A program made the position numbers and the translations under genes. 64,000 nt of DNA. It comes from Octopus vulgaris. Lineage: Eukaryota. The DNA lies in the NCBI GenBank assembly GCA_951406725.2, contig OX597815.1, positions 4,092,001 through 4,156,000 on the forward strand. Reading direction: 5' to 3'. Shown here piece after piece: positions 27,298 through 39,639 of the stretch (its first letter is position 1; every line of letters starts with the position of its first letter). The notes below the pieces were generated by a model. That model did not search any database and was not told the origin of the DNA. It saw only the letters and a list, made by a program, of their open reading frames with translations.

Positions 27298-27706
27298 GGC
27301 GCAGGAGTGGCTGTTTGGTAAGTAGCTTGCTAACCAACCACATGGTTCCGGGTTCGGTCCCACTGCGTGGCATCTTGGGTAAGTGTCTTCTGCTATAGCC
27401 CCGGGCCGACCAATGCCTTGTGAGTGGATTTGGTAGACGGAAACTGAAAGAAGCCTGTCGTATATATGTATATATATATATAAGTGTGTGTGTATATGTT
27501 TGTGTGTCTGTGTTTGTTCCCCTAGCATTGCTTGACAACCGATGCTGGTGTGTTTACGTCCCCGTAACTTAGCGGTTCGGCAAAAGAGACCGATAGAATA
27601 AGAACTGGGCTTACAAAGAATAAGTCCCGGGGTCGATTTGCTCGACTAAAGGCGGTGCTCCAGCATGGCCGCAGTCAAATGACTGAAACAAGTAAAAGAG
27701 AAAAGA
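27298..27706 (+). mobile_element. SINE family A, full-length reference copy (other copies ~23630, 24640, 25078, 28246, 31855, 32688, 33932, 34310, 38002, 41070, 41400, 46970, 48490, 52520)
   Basis: tRNA-like head, CORE-like ttggg..aagtgtctt segment, internal (TA)/(TG) microsatellite, 3' caaatgactgaaacaagtaaaagag tail. Confidence 0.92.
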
Positions 27707-27747
27707 GAAAAAAAAAGAGAATCTATCTATCTATCTATCTATCTATC

Positions 27748-27800
<53 letters not shown>

Positions 27801-27872
27801 GATATATGTATGTGTGTATATCTATCTATGAATATAGTTGTCAGTTTCTTCACTTTCTCGCTCGTTCGCTCG

Positions 27873-27932
<60 letters not shown>

Positions 27933-27959
27933 GTGGATGAACGGATGGATGGATGGGTG

Positions 27960-28004
<45 letters not shown>

Positions 28005-28417
28005 CTATTTATCTCTCTATCTATCTGTCTGTCTGTTTGTCTATCTATTCATCTATCTATTGTATATCTATCTGTCAATACAGTTGTCAGTTACTTCTCT
28101 CTTCACTTTCTCGCTCTTTCGCTCGCGGTGAGTGTGTGTGTGTGGATGAACGGATGGATGGATGGATGGATACATACATGCATACATACATACATACATA
28201 CATACATACATACATACATACATACATACATACCATACGCATATAGGCGCAGGAGTGACTGTGCAGTGAGAAGCTTGCTTACCAACAACATGATTCCGGG
28301 TTCAGTCCCAAAGCGTGGCACCTTCGGCAAGTATCTTCTACTATAGCCTCAGGCCGACCAAAGCCTTGTAGACAGAAACTGAAAGAAAACTGTCGTATGT
28401 GTGGGTGGGTGTATGTC

Positions 28418-28464
<47 letters not shown>

Positions 28465-28940
28465 AGGCGCGTGGCTTAGTGGTTTCGATTCCTGGACCGG
28501 TCGACGCGTTGTGTTCTTGAGCAAAACACTTCATTTCACGTTGTTCCAGTCCACTCAGCTGGCAAAAATGAGTAACGCTGCGATGGACTGGCGTCCCGTC
28601 CAGCTGGGGAACACATACGCCATAGAAACCGAGAAATCGGACCCATGAGCCTGGCTAGGCTTTAAAAGGGTGCATTTATTATTATTAATATTATTCTATG
28701 TTTGACTTTTGCTTTATGTTTGTACAAATTGGCTCCAAGTCTCACCCAGAAACCTCAAGAGACAACAGGTTGGAAGTTCACGTTGTTGTTATGCCTAGTG
28801 TGCCATATATTCGGTGGGTTTTTTTTGGTGTTGTACTAGTGAATGTCTAATAAATAAATTTTTTTTAAATTATTATTATTATTATTATATATACACATAT
28901 ATATACATATCTATATATACATATATATATATATATACAT

Positions 28941-28982
<42 letters not shown>

Positions 28983-29066
28983 ATTCGAGACAAAACCACT
29001 ATTTTAAAACCAAACAAGGAAAGACTTAATCAATACATAAAATTTTAATATAAATTAAATAAACCG

Positions 29067-29110
29067 CCACTACAATTGTTTCATGTCTGCTACCGACAAT
29101 CTTCAGGTGG
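29067..29110 (-). ncRNA. Type I hammerhead ribozyme motif (mirror copy)
   Basis: Reverse complement of 29185-29228. Confidence 0.75.
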
Positions 29111-29184
29111 ATTTTCGATCTTCTAATCAGTATCAAATTTTGATAATCACTTCAAAATTTGATACTGATTAGAAGATCGAAAAT

Positions 29185-29228
29185 CCACCTGAAGATTGTC
29201 GGTAGCAGACATGAAACAATTGTAGTGG
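29185..29228 (+). ncRNA. Type I hammerhead ribozyme motif (C3-G8)
   Basis: ccac CTGAAGA t-tgtc ggtagca gaca-t GAAAC aatt GTA gtgg: stem I ccac/gtgg, palindromic stem III acaattgt, GUA site. Confidence 0.75.
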
Positions 29229-29309
29229 CGGTTTATTTAATTTATATTAAAATTTTATGTATTGATTAAGTCTTTCCTTGTTTGGTTTTAAAATAGTGGT
29301 TTTGTCTCG

Positions 29310-29361
<52 letters not shown>

Positions 29362-29453
29362 TTGGATGTATAAAAAATAGAAAAGAGTGAAAAAACTACA
29401 GAAGGTTATATATATACATCGTGTCATGTCTTCGTTTGTAGGTAAAGACATTT

Positions 29454-29492
29454 GAGAAATTTGAAAAGTTAACACGAAACCGGTAATTTCTC
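29454..29492 (+). ncRNA. Minimal hammerhead motif, U3-A8 variant
   Basis: gagaaat TTGAAAA gt-taac-ac GAAAC cg GTA atttctc: perfect 7-bp stem I, palindromic stem III accggt. Confidence 0.7.
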
Positions 29493-29621
29493 CAAAAACT
29501 ATGTTACTATAACACAAAATTTTATAACATTTTTCTAACATAACGACTTAAATATATTCTTTAACCTTATAAAACAATCCTTCTGTAGTTTTTTCACTCT
29601 TTTCTATTTTCTATATATATG

Positions 29622-29663
<42 letters not shown>

Positions 29664-29688
29664 TATACATATATATATACATATATAT

Positions 29689-29796
<108 letters not shown>

Positions 29797-30240
29797 CTAT
29801 GATTGTCCCCCATCGCTTGACAACCGATATTGGCGTATTTACGTCCCCGTAACATAGCGATTCAGCTAAAGAGACCAATAGAGTAAGTACTAGGCTTACA
29901 AAAGAATAAGTCCTGGGGACAGTTTGTTCGACTAAAGGCGGTGCTCCAGCATGGCCGCAGTCAAATAACAGAAACAAATAAAATATATAATAAATAAACA
30001 CATTACATTTTTGAAGGCCGATGAAGTTACAGGTCGATGCACAAGCGATGAGTGCCTTGTATCCGATAGCAGAAACCGCTGTAAGCTTATAAGGTTCATG
30101 ATATCATTTTATTCCCTTGTCATGTGTGTGTGTTTGTGTGATGGTGGAGAAAGGGGTCAGTATACAAAAATAAAAACAATAAAACTGATAAAACTTCCGA
30201 CCCGTTTACACCTTGATATTTATTTAACGACTGAAAAATT

Positions 30241-30830
30241 TATTTCTTTACTACCCACAAGGGACAACACACAGAGGGGACAAGCAAGAATAGACAAAGA
30301 GATTAAGTCGATTATATCGACCCCAGTGCGTAACTGGTACTTATTTAATCGACCCCGAAAGGATGAAAGACAAAGTCGACCTCGGCGGAATTTGGACTCA
30401 GAACGTGAGGGCAGACGAAATACCTATTTCTTTACTACCCACAAGGGGCTACACACAGAGGGGACAAACAAGGACAGACAAACAGATTAAGTCAACTGTT
30501 TACATCGACCCCAGTGCGTAACTGGTACTTATTTAATCGACCCCGAAAGGATGAAAGGCAAAGTCGACCTCAGCGGAATTTGAACTCAGAACGTAGCGGT
30601 AGACGAAATACCTATTTCTTTACTACCCACAAGGGGACAAACAAGGACAGACAAAGAGATTAAGTCGGTTATATCGACCCCAGTGCGTAACTGGTACTTA
30701 TTTAATCGACCCCGAAAGGATGAAAGGCAAAGTCGACCACGGTGGAATTTGAACTCGGAACGTAGCGGCAGACGAAATACGGCTAAGCATTTGGCCCGGC
30801 GTGCTAACGTTTCTGCCAGCTCGCCGCCTT
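30241..30830 (-). mobile_element. SINE family B with three tandem ~185-bp modules (copies 31140-31560, 37593-37835, 40640-41030, 47840-48210, 53400-53560, 54945-55250)
   Basis: Head ggcggcgagctggcagaa.cgttagcacg...gagttcaaattcc, then gtcgactttgcctttcatcctttcggggtcgat module repeated. Confidence 0.85.
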
Positions 30831-32027
30831 ATCGGCCGGAAAGTTTCATCATGCGATTCGTCGAAGCCATCTACGCCTATGTTACCCCCACCAAACACAT
30901 ACATGCAATCGCATATCTACACAGGTATCAATATTGATTTCAAATTTTGGCACAAGGCCAGCAATTTTGGAGTAAGGGGGGGGTCAGTCGATTACATTGA
31001 TCCCAGGGTTCAACAAGCACTTATTTTATCGACCCCGAAAGGATGAAACGTAAAGTCAACGTAAGCAATTTGCCCGGCGCGGTAACGATTCTGCCAGCCC
31101 GTCGCCTGATACAGAAACCAATATTAACGTTGTTGGTTAAGGCGGCGAGCCGGCACAATCGTTAGCACACTGGACGAAAATGCTTAGCGGCATTTCGTCC
31201 CTCTTTACGTTCTGAGCTCAAATTCCCCCGGGGTCGGCTTAGCCTTCCATTCTTTCGCAATCTATAAAATAAGTACCTATTTCTTTATTACCCACAAGGG
31301 GCTAAACATAGAGGGGACAAACAAGGACAGACATAGGTATTAAGTCGATTACATCGACCCCAGTGCGTAACTGGTACTTAATTTATCGACCCCGAAAAGA
31401 TGAAAGGTAAAGTCGACCTCGGCGGAATTTGAACTCACAACGTAACGACAGACGAAATACTGCTAAGCATTTCGCCCGACGTGCTAACGTTTCTGCTAGC
31501 TCGCCGCCTCGACTTTACCTTTCATCCTTTCGGGGTCGATAAAATAAGTACCGGTTATGTACTGGGTTGATGTAATTGACTTATCCCTCCCCCGAAATTG
31601 CTGGCCTAGTGTCAAGATTTGAAACCCCTATTAACATCATTGGTTAGATTTATAATTATATAGGACTGAAACTATACAGAAATTATACATATATGCGCGG
31701 CTGTGTGGTAAGAAGCTTGCTTCCCAACCTCATGGACCCGGGTTCAGTCCCACTTGGGCAAGAATCTTCTACTTGATCCGAATAAAGTCTTGTAACTGGA
31801 TTTGCCAGACGGAAACTGAAGGAAGGCCTTCATGCACATATACATTACTTCATTCTTTTATTTGTTTCAGTCATTTGACTGCGGCCATGCTGGAGCACCG
31901 CCTTTTGTCGAACAAATCGACCCCAGGACTTATTCTTTGTAAGCCTAGTACTTATTCTATCGGTGTCTTTAGCCGAACCGCTAAGTTACGAGGACGTAAA
32001 CACACCAGCATCCGTTGTCAGGCGATG

Positions 32028-32064
<37 letters not shown>

Positions 32065-32842
32065 AGATGGGATTCTTTCAGTTTCCGTCTACCAAATCCA
32101 CTCACAAGGCTTTGGTCGGCCTGAGGCTATAGTAGAAGACACTTGACCGAGGTGCCACGCAGAGGAACTGAACTCAGATTCATGTGGTTGGCAAGAAAGC
32201 TTCTAACCACATAGCCACGCTTGCGCCTCTACAGAAGCACCATTGAAAATGAGTGGTGTTAACCAGTACAAGCAATGTGCTGTGGCCTAAATGAGGCGCA
32301 GCGAACCAACGTGAGGGCCTTCCGGAGAGAGAGAAACAGAATTTTATTTTAATCTACCGAAAATCTCTCTCAAGTCACATGCGGCCATCTTTTAAAAAGG
32401 GAAATAATCGTTGCGTGTCCAAGATATACTGTGTCTGAATAATTGATGGGATGGTCACGAGTGGAGCACTGATGATGGTCAATGGTTGCGACAATGGCAA
32501 CAACAACAACAGCTTCAATTATGTTTTAATGGAGTTTGTAAGTAGTCGCCCGACCTGCTGTTAATAGTATGAGAAAATAAGAGGACAAGTTATATATTGA
32601 TGTTCCAGAGACATTGGGTCAGCGAAACGATAAAAATGAGGGGACGTTCATGGCTGGACCACTTGGCTATGAAAAAACAAAAGCCAAAGGAGTGGCTGTG
32701 TGGTAATTAGCTTGCTTCCCAATCACATGGTTCCGAGTTCAGTCCCACTGAGTGACACTTTCGGCAAGTGCCTAGTATAGCCTCGGGCCGACCAAAGCCT
32801 TGTGAATGGATTTGGTTGACGGAAACTGAAAGAAGCCCGTCA

Positions 32843-32906
<64 letters not shown>

Positions 32907-33216
32907 CATATATATATATATGTATATATATACATATATATATATATATGTGAGTATATATGTGTGTGTGTCTGTGTTTGTTCCCCCAATATTGCATACA
33001 ACTGATGCTGATGTGTTTACGTCCCCATAACTTAGCGGTTCGGCAAAAGAGACGGATAGTATAAGTACTAGGCTTTCAAAGAATAAATCCTGGGGTCTAT
33101 TTGCTCGACTAAAGGCGATGCTCCAGCATGGCCGCAGTCAAATGACTGAAACAAATAAAAGAGTAACTTGACATAAAAGCTCTTAAATATTACAACGATT
33201 TTTAAAATAAAATTTC

Positions 33217-33289
33217 CGAGCTCGCCAGGAGTCGAACCTGGAATCTTCTGATCCGTAGTCAGACGCGTTATCCATTGCGCCACGAGCCC
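33217..33289 (-). tRNA. tRNA-Arg (anticodon ACG)
   Basis: gggctcgtggcgcaatggataacgcgtctgactACGgatcagaagattccaggttcgactcctggcgagctcg; 73 nt, full cloverleaf, oligo-T just downstream. Confidence 0.97.
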
Positions 33290-33509
33290 GCATGTACTGG
33301 TGGTCAATACTAGCGTGCTTTATAGTCTACTGCCTGTCGCTGGACTCTTGGTTAATATGACTGCATGCCATAGTTGTTTCTTTTAACAGTTTTGAAGGTG
33401 GAGTAAGAGACGATGTGAGGTTCATGCCTTTCCCAGAAACATTTATAGTTTCTAACAATAGTTTCGTGTATTTAATATTTTCTGCTGTCTCAAACACACT
33501 TACTTACGT

Positions 33510-33931
33510 ACATACATACATACATACATACACACATACATACATACATACATACATACATACATACATACATACATACATACATACATGCACGCATGCA
33601 TACATACATACATACATACATGCATGCATACATACATGCCATACATACATACATACATGCACGCATGCATACATACATACATACATACATACATACATAC
33701 ATGCATGCATGCATACATACATGCATGCATACATACATACATGCACGCATGCATACATACATACATACATACATACATACATACATACATACATGCATGC
33801 ATACATACATACATACATACATACATACATACATACATACATACATACATGCATGCATACATACATGCCATACATACATACATACATACATACATACATA
33901 CATACATACATACATACATACATACATACAT
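33510..33931. repeat. (CATA)n tract with recurring catgcacgcatg variants
   Basis: Directly visible. Confidence 0.95.
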
Positions 33932-34526
33932 AGGCGCAGGAGTAACATGGTTCCGGGTTCCGGGTTCAGTCCAACTACGTGGCACCTTGGACAAGTATCT
34001 TCTACTATAGCCACGGGTCGACCAAAGCCTTGTGAGTGGATTTGGTAGACGGAAACTGAAATAAGCCCGTCATGTGTGTGTGTGTGTGTGTGTTTAGGAG
34101 TGTTACACGTTAAATTAATTTTAATATGTATTTAAGTGCTTTCCGAAATAAATACACACTTCATTTTATCGCTCTGAGGAAGCTACACGATGTTGCACAG
34201 ATACCCAGCTCCCAGTGCACCGCTTCCTATAGCAGAAACAGCTGTTAGCTAATGAAGGCGATTACGTGACACTTGTTTTCTTGTCATTCATTCATTATGT
34301 ATACATTCCTTTATTTGTTTGTCATTTGACTGCGGCCATGCTGGAGCACCGCCTTTTAGTCGAGCAAATCGACCCCGGGACTTATTCTTTGGAAGCCTAG
34401 TACTTAATCTATCGGTCTCTTTCGCCGAACCGCTTAGTTACGGGACGTAAACACACCAGCATCGGTTGTTAAGCGATATTGGGGGGGGACAAACAGACAT
34501 ACAAACATATACACACACATACATGC

Positions 34527-34562
<36 letters not shown>

Positions 34563-34794
34563 GACGGGCTTCTTTCAGTTTCCGTCTACCAAATCTACTC
34601 ACAAGGCTTTGGTCGGCCCGAGGCTATAGTGAAGACACTTACCCAAGGTACCATGCAGTGGGACTGAACCCGGAACCATGTGGTTGGTAAGCAAGCGACT
34701 TACCACACAGCCACTCCTGCGCCTGTGACCGCGTGTGTACCGTTGGCGATTTTTTCCCTCCGTCTTCCCTTCCTTGGATCTTTCCTTTTCCTAT

Positions 34795-34829
34795 GTTTCT
34801 GACGAAGAGCTCCGCTCGAAACGTTAAAT
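34795..34829 (+). ncRNA. Minimal hammerhead motif (C3-G8) in the 200-bp repeat family
   Basis: gttt CTGACGA a gagc-tcc-gctc GAAAC GTT aaat. Confidence 0.6.
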
Positions 34830-34960
34830 CCTTCTTTCTTTCTTTCCTTTCCTGAGCGTCCAATAACACTATACTTGTTCCACGTCCTCGCGATTTTTGT
34901 GTTTTCATGTTCGGATTAACTATATATATATATATATATATATGAGATGCAGTACGAAGT

Positions 34961-35011
34961 TTTGTCAGTGAACAGGTCGCGGTCTCAAAGCGACGAAAAT
35001 ATTTTGACAAA
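34961..35011 (+). ncRNA. Minimal hammerhead motif, G3-C8 variant
   Basis: tttgtca GTGAACA g gtcgc-loop-gcgac GAAA atat TT tgacaaa: 7-bp stem I, 5-bp stem II, palindromic aatatt. Confidence 0.65.
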
Positions 35012-35183
35012 TTAAATTTAAATATTGAAGTGAATCTAACAGTTTTGTGTGCTTCTTAAACGGCTTATAAACACCTCCCACGCTGCAATTGTTATATATA
35101 TATATTAGACAAAATGAGATTTTTAAAAGATCAAGGCTGTAAGGAGTTTTCAGAACATTTATAAGGAAAAAGAAATAGATATA

Positions 35184-35614
35184 AAGTATAATAGCCATCT
35201 GAATATGGCTAACCACAAAGGGTGGGTGCCGTATTGAGATGGCTATTATACTTTACATTGTGGAGCGGTTACTGTTTACATCTCGTTCAGAGATTTATTT
35301 TTGGTTGCAGACAGTTTTTCGAAATCAGTGACGGAAGTTACTAGAAAAACACTTAAGTATTTGCATACAAGGTCTTCCTTTTCATCGTAAACCGGTGATT
35401 ACCGCCCGTTGACAAGAGGCAACTACCTCGAAACCGCGGTCCAGTGCGTATCACTTAGGCTTACGAGAAGAGGGATGACCTCCCTTTGCAAATACCATAA
35501 GAGCACAGAAAGTGTGCCTAAAGCCAGCTGGAGACGATGACCTCCTGGGGCTAAAAGCTTCAGTAACACCCACCCTTTGTGGTTAGCCATATTGAGATGG
35601 CTAGTATACTTTAC
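35184..35614. mobile_element. Penelope pseudo-LTR-like element with terminal inverted repeats
   Basis: aaagtataatagccatctgaatatggctaaccacaaagggtgggtg inverted at 35567-35614; shares gccagctggagacgatg..ctcc.ggggctaaa with 4940-4970. Confidence 0.65.
35403..35448 (+). ncRNA. Minimal hammerhead motif, U3-A8 variant
   Basis: TTGACAA gagg-caacta-cctc GAAAC cgcg GTC; palindromic accgcggt; stem I imperfect. Confidence 0.65.
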
Positions 35615-35804
35615 ATTTTCCCACATTTCCATTTAAAGTGTATATTTTTTAATGAATATTTTTTTTTTTTCAGAGGCGCAGGAGTGGCTGTGTGGTAAGA
35701 AGCTTGCATCCCAGCCACAGGGTTCCGGGTTCGCTGATCTTTAGCTTTATGCTAGCATCCCATCCACTGGGGGCAACTGGTTTCCGCGACTGTATGTATG
35801 TTCG

Positions 35805-35816
35805 TTGCGTGTGTGT

Positions 35817-35861
<45 letters not shown>

Positions 35862-35957
35862 AGAGAGAGAGAGAGTGTGTGTGTGTGTGTGTGTGCGCGA
35901 GAGAGAGAGAGAGAGTGTGTGTGTATGTGTGTGTGTGAGTGTGCGTGTGTGCGAGAG

Positions 35958-36033
<76 letters not shown>

Positions 36034-36511
36034 AGAGAGAGAGAGAGTGTGTGTGTGTGTGTGTGAGTGTGCGTGTGTGCGAGAGAGAGTGTGTGTGTGT
36101 GTATGTGTGTGTGTGTGTGTGTGTGCGAGAGAGAGAGAGAGTGTGTGTGTGTGTGTGTGAGTGTGTGTGTGAGTGAGAGAGAGAGAGTGTGTGTGTGTGT
36201 GTGAGTGTGTGTGTGAGAGAGAGAGTGTGTGTGAGAGAGAGAGTGTGCGTGTGTGTGAGAGAGAGAAAGTGTGTGTGTGCGTGTGAGAGAGAGAGAGTGT
36301 GTGCGTGTGTGAGTGAGTGTGCGTGTGTGTGAGAAAAAGAAAGTGTGTGTGTGAGAGAGTGTGTGTGTGTGTGTGTGCGTGAGTGTGAGAGTGTGCGTGT
36401 GTGTGAGTGAGAGAGTGTACGTGTGTGTGAGTGAGAGAGTGTGTGTGTGTGTCTTTGTGTGTGTGTGTCTTTGTGTGTGTATTTGTGTGTGTGTGTGTGT
36501 GTGTGTGTGTG
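35805..36511. repeat. Compound (TG)n/(AG)n tract
   Basis: Directly visible. Confidence 0.95.
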
Positions 36512-38978
36512 ATATTCCTGTGTTGAACCACTACCCTATGCTCCACCATCTTTGCTCATAGTAAGAAACGTGTATTAATCTTGTGATTCTCCAAATTCTC
36601 CAAACGAAACTGACAATAACACCGAATGGACTTTACTTATTTCTATTTCCAGGTTTCATAAATTCAATACCAGTTATATACTGAGGTCGTTCCCTAAGGC
36701 CACCCCGCCACACCATCCAAAATATGTGACTACTTGTCTGGATTTGAAAAGAAAAAAGAAAAAAACACTGGTGCTCCGTCGGTTGCAACGACGAGTGTTC
36801 CAGTTGATCCGATCAGTCTGTACGTGAAATAAACGTGCCAGTGGCTGAGTACTCCTCAGACACGAATACCCTTAACGTAGATCTCAGGAAGATTCAGCGT
36901 GACACAGAATGTAGCAAGGCTGACCCCTTTGAAATACAGGTCCAATTTTAAATTGTTGAGTGGACTGGAACGTCATGAAATAAAGTGTCTCGACCAAGAT
37001 CACAAGGCGCTGCCAGGAATCGAACTCACCACCTGACGATCGTGAGCCAAACACTCTAACCACTAAGCCACGCACCTTCACATTTGAAAACAATATTTCA
37101 ATTAAAACGCGCCCCTCGAAGGTGGCAAGCTGGCCTAATCGCTGGGACGAAAGGCTAAAGAAGTTTTTTTTTCCGGTTCTTTACGTTTTGGGTTCAAGTT
37201 CGGCCAAGGTCGTTTTAGCCTGTCTTTCCTTTAGGGGTCAATGAAGTAACTGTCAAGTACTAGCATCGATGTAATCGACTTGCTTCCACAACTAATATTG
37301 TACCAATTGGTCAGCTGAAGCTTAGATTGTGTCACGTGACGGTAAGCTGGTGTTGGCTGCCGGTGTCTACCGGGGAGTATTTAAAGAGAAGTTTGACAGA
37401 TTGGTCATTCGTTGACGTGTCATCGAAGAAACCAAAGAAGAACAAAAAAAAAGGGAAAAAATGGAAAAAAACGCACTCAACACCAGAGCTGAAGACACCT
37501 CCGCAAGCTGAGGCCCCGCCACGTGGAAAACGGTAGAGGAGTAGGGGCCGAAACCGGACGTGGTTCCTCCTGATGATGTCCTTCGCCACTGGAAGGCGAC
37601 GAGCTGGCAGAACCGTTAGCACGCCGGGCGAAATACGTATCCGTATTTCATCTGCGGTTACGTTCTGAGTTCAAATTCCGCCGAGGTTGACTTTGCCTTT
37701 CATCCTTTCGGGGGCGATAAATTAAGTACCAGTCGATATAATCGACTTAATGGGGTCGATATAATCGACTTAATCCGTTTGTCTGTCCTTGTTTGTCCCC
37801 ACTACATTTAGCCCCTTGTGGGTGATAAAGAAACAGATGTCCTTCACCACTGGATCCTATAAAGGAGCTGTTGAGGTAGCGAACTGCGAAACGTGGTTGG
37901 AATTCCTTCCTCGGAAGAATAATTAAAACGCGCCCATTATTTCATTACTACCCTTTCAATGGACAAGCACTTTCCTGGCTCAACCCACTTCCACAACCAT
38001 AGGCGTGGCTGTTTGGTAAGAAGTTTGCTTACGAGTCACATGGCTCCGGGTTCAATCCCACAGCGTGGCACCTTGGGCAAGTGTCTTCTACTATTACCTC
38101 AGGCCGACCAAAGTCTTGTGAGTGGATTTGTTAGACGGAAACTGAAAGAAGCCCGTTGTATATATATGTATATGTATTTATATATAGATGTGTGTGTGTG
38201 TTTGTGTGTGTTTGTGTGTGTGTGTGTGTGTGTGTCTTTATGTTCGACCCACACCACCGCTTGTCACCCTGTGTTGCTTTGTTTATGGCCCCATAAGTTA
38301 GCGGCACGGCAGAAGAGACCGATAGAATAAGTACCAGGCTTTAAAAAAGAATCTGTGGTAGATTCATTCGACTAAAAATTATTCCAGGCGGTGCGGTGCC
38401 CCAGCATGGCCGCAGTCAATGACAGAAACAAGTAAAAGATAAAAAAAAAAAAAGACCTCTCCCTCCCTCCCTCCCTCCAGCTCTCATTCTCTAACATTCT
38501 CTCTCTCTCTCTGCTCTCCTCTTCACTCCCAACTTTTCTCAGTTTCCTCCTCTTCCCCCCACCCCCCATCCCGCGCGCCAATCTGGTTCCAACCTACCAA
38601 ATATTTACTGGTTGCTAACATTGGTTAAGAATCGCTTCCGCAACACATCTTCTTTCGGCACGTGCTTCGACATTTCATTTCAGCCAATGGCGTTAGGTTT
38701 TCGAGACGATTGGCGGAGCGGGCGCGAGAGACCGGGGAGGCGGGGGCGGGGGGGGAACAGAGAGTGAATGGTGGGGGGAATGTAAAGGTTGGGGGTGTGG
38801 AGGAGGAATATAGAGTCCGGTGGGATACGGTGGCGGCGTTACGAGCTAAGATAGAAAGAAGTGGGGGTGCGAATAATGTAGTAGAGGTGAGAGGTGAGTT
38901 TTTCATGAGAGGAGGAGGAGGAGGAAGCGTGAACAGAATTGTTGCACACACACAGAGACATACACACGTGTGTGTGTT

Positions 38979-39072
<94 letters not shown>

Positions 39073-39113
39073 TAAAAAGAGAGAAGACAAAATTTTAGAC
39101 GCACGGGAAAGAT

Positions 39114-39154
<41 letters not shown>

Positions 39155-39156
39155 GG

Positions 39157-39215
<59 letters not shown>

Positions 39216-39639
39216 TCACTGAAATGGGAGTGCAAAACGAATTAAAGAATTGAAGAAGAAAAGAGAGAAACCAGTTTTCGGTGGAAATGTGTGAAAGGCA
39301 GGAGGGGGGTGGTTAGTGGGGGCGGGTGGGCGGGTGGGTTGGGGCTGAGTTCTGGAAGCGTCGTTAAGTGGGGCTGCGATGAGAGAACAACCTTTTCTGG
39401 GATGTTGTCACGTTTAACCATTGGCATATGGTTTATTTTTCCCTGTAGATTCCTGAACTCAATATAGTTTATTGGTGCCAGTAAGAATTGGAAGTCAAGG
39501 GGGGGGGGGGATTGCGGTGTTGAGGGAGGGGGTCCAATGATTGGGATTGGAGGCGACGGGGGTGGGGTGGAGATTTCTAACGGGAAGAGGAGTCTGGAGA
39601 GGGGGTTGGAAGGACAGGAAACGGGAGAGGTTGAGCGAA

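Larger units (their letters stand above)
28981..29314. repeat. Perfect 163-bp-arm palindrome with 8-nt loop, flanked by (TA)n
   Basis: Arms 28981-29143 and 29152-29314 read as exact reverse complements; loop taatcact. Confidence 0.92.

Noticed and set aside
30040-30090. Hammerhead-like remnants (also ~34205-34250 and 50920-50968)
   Set aside because: GAAAC..GUH half and some stems present but the NUGANNA box is broken; possible decayed copies only
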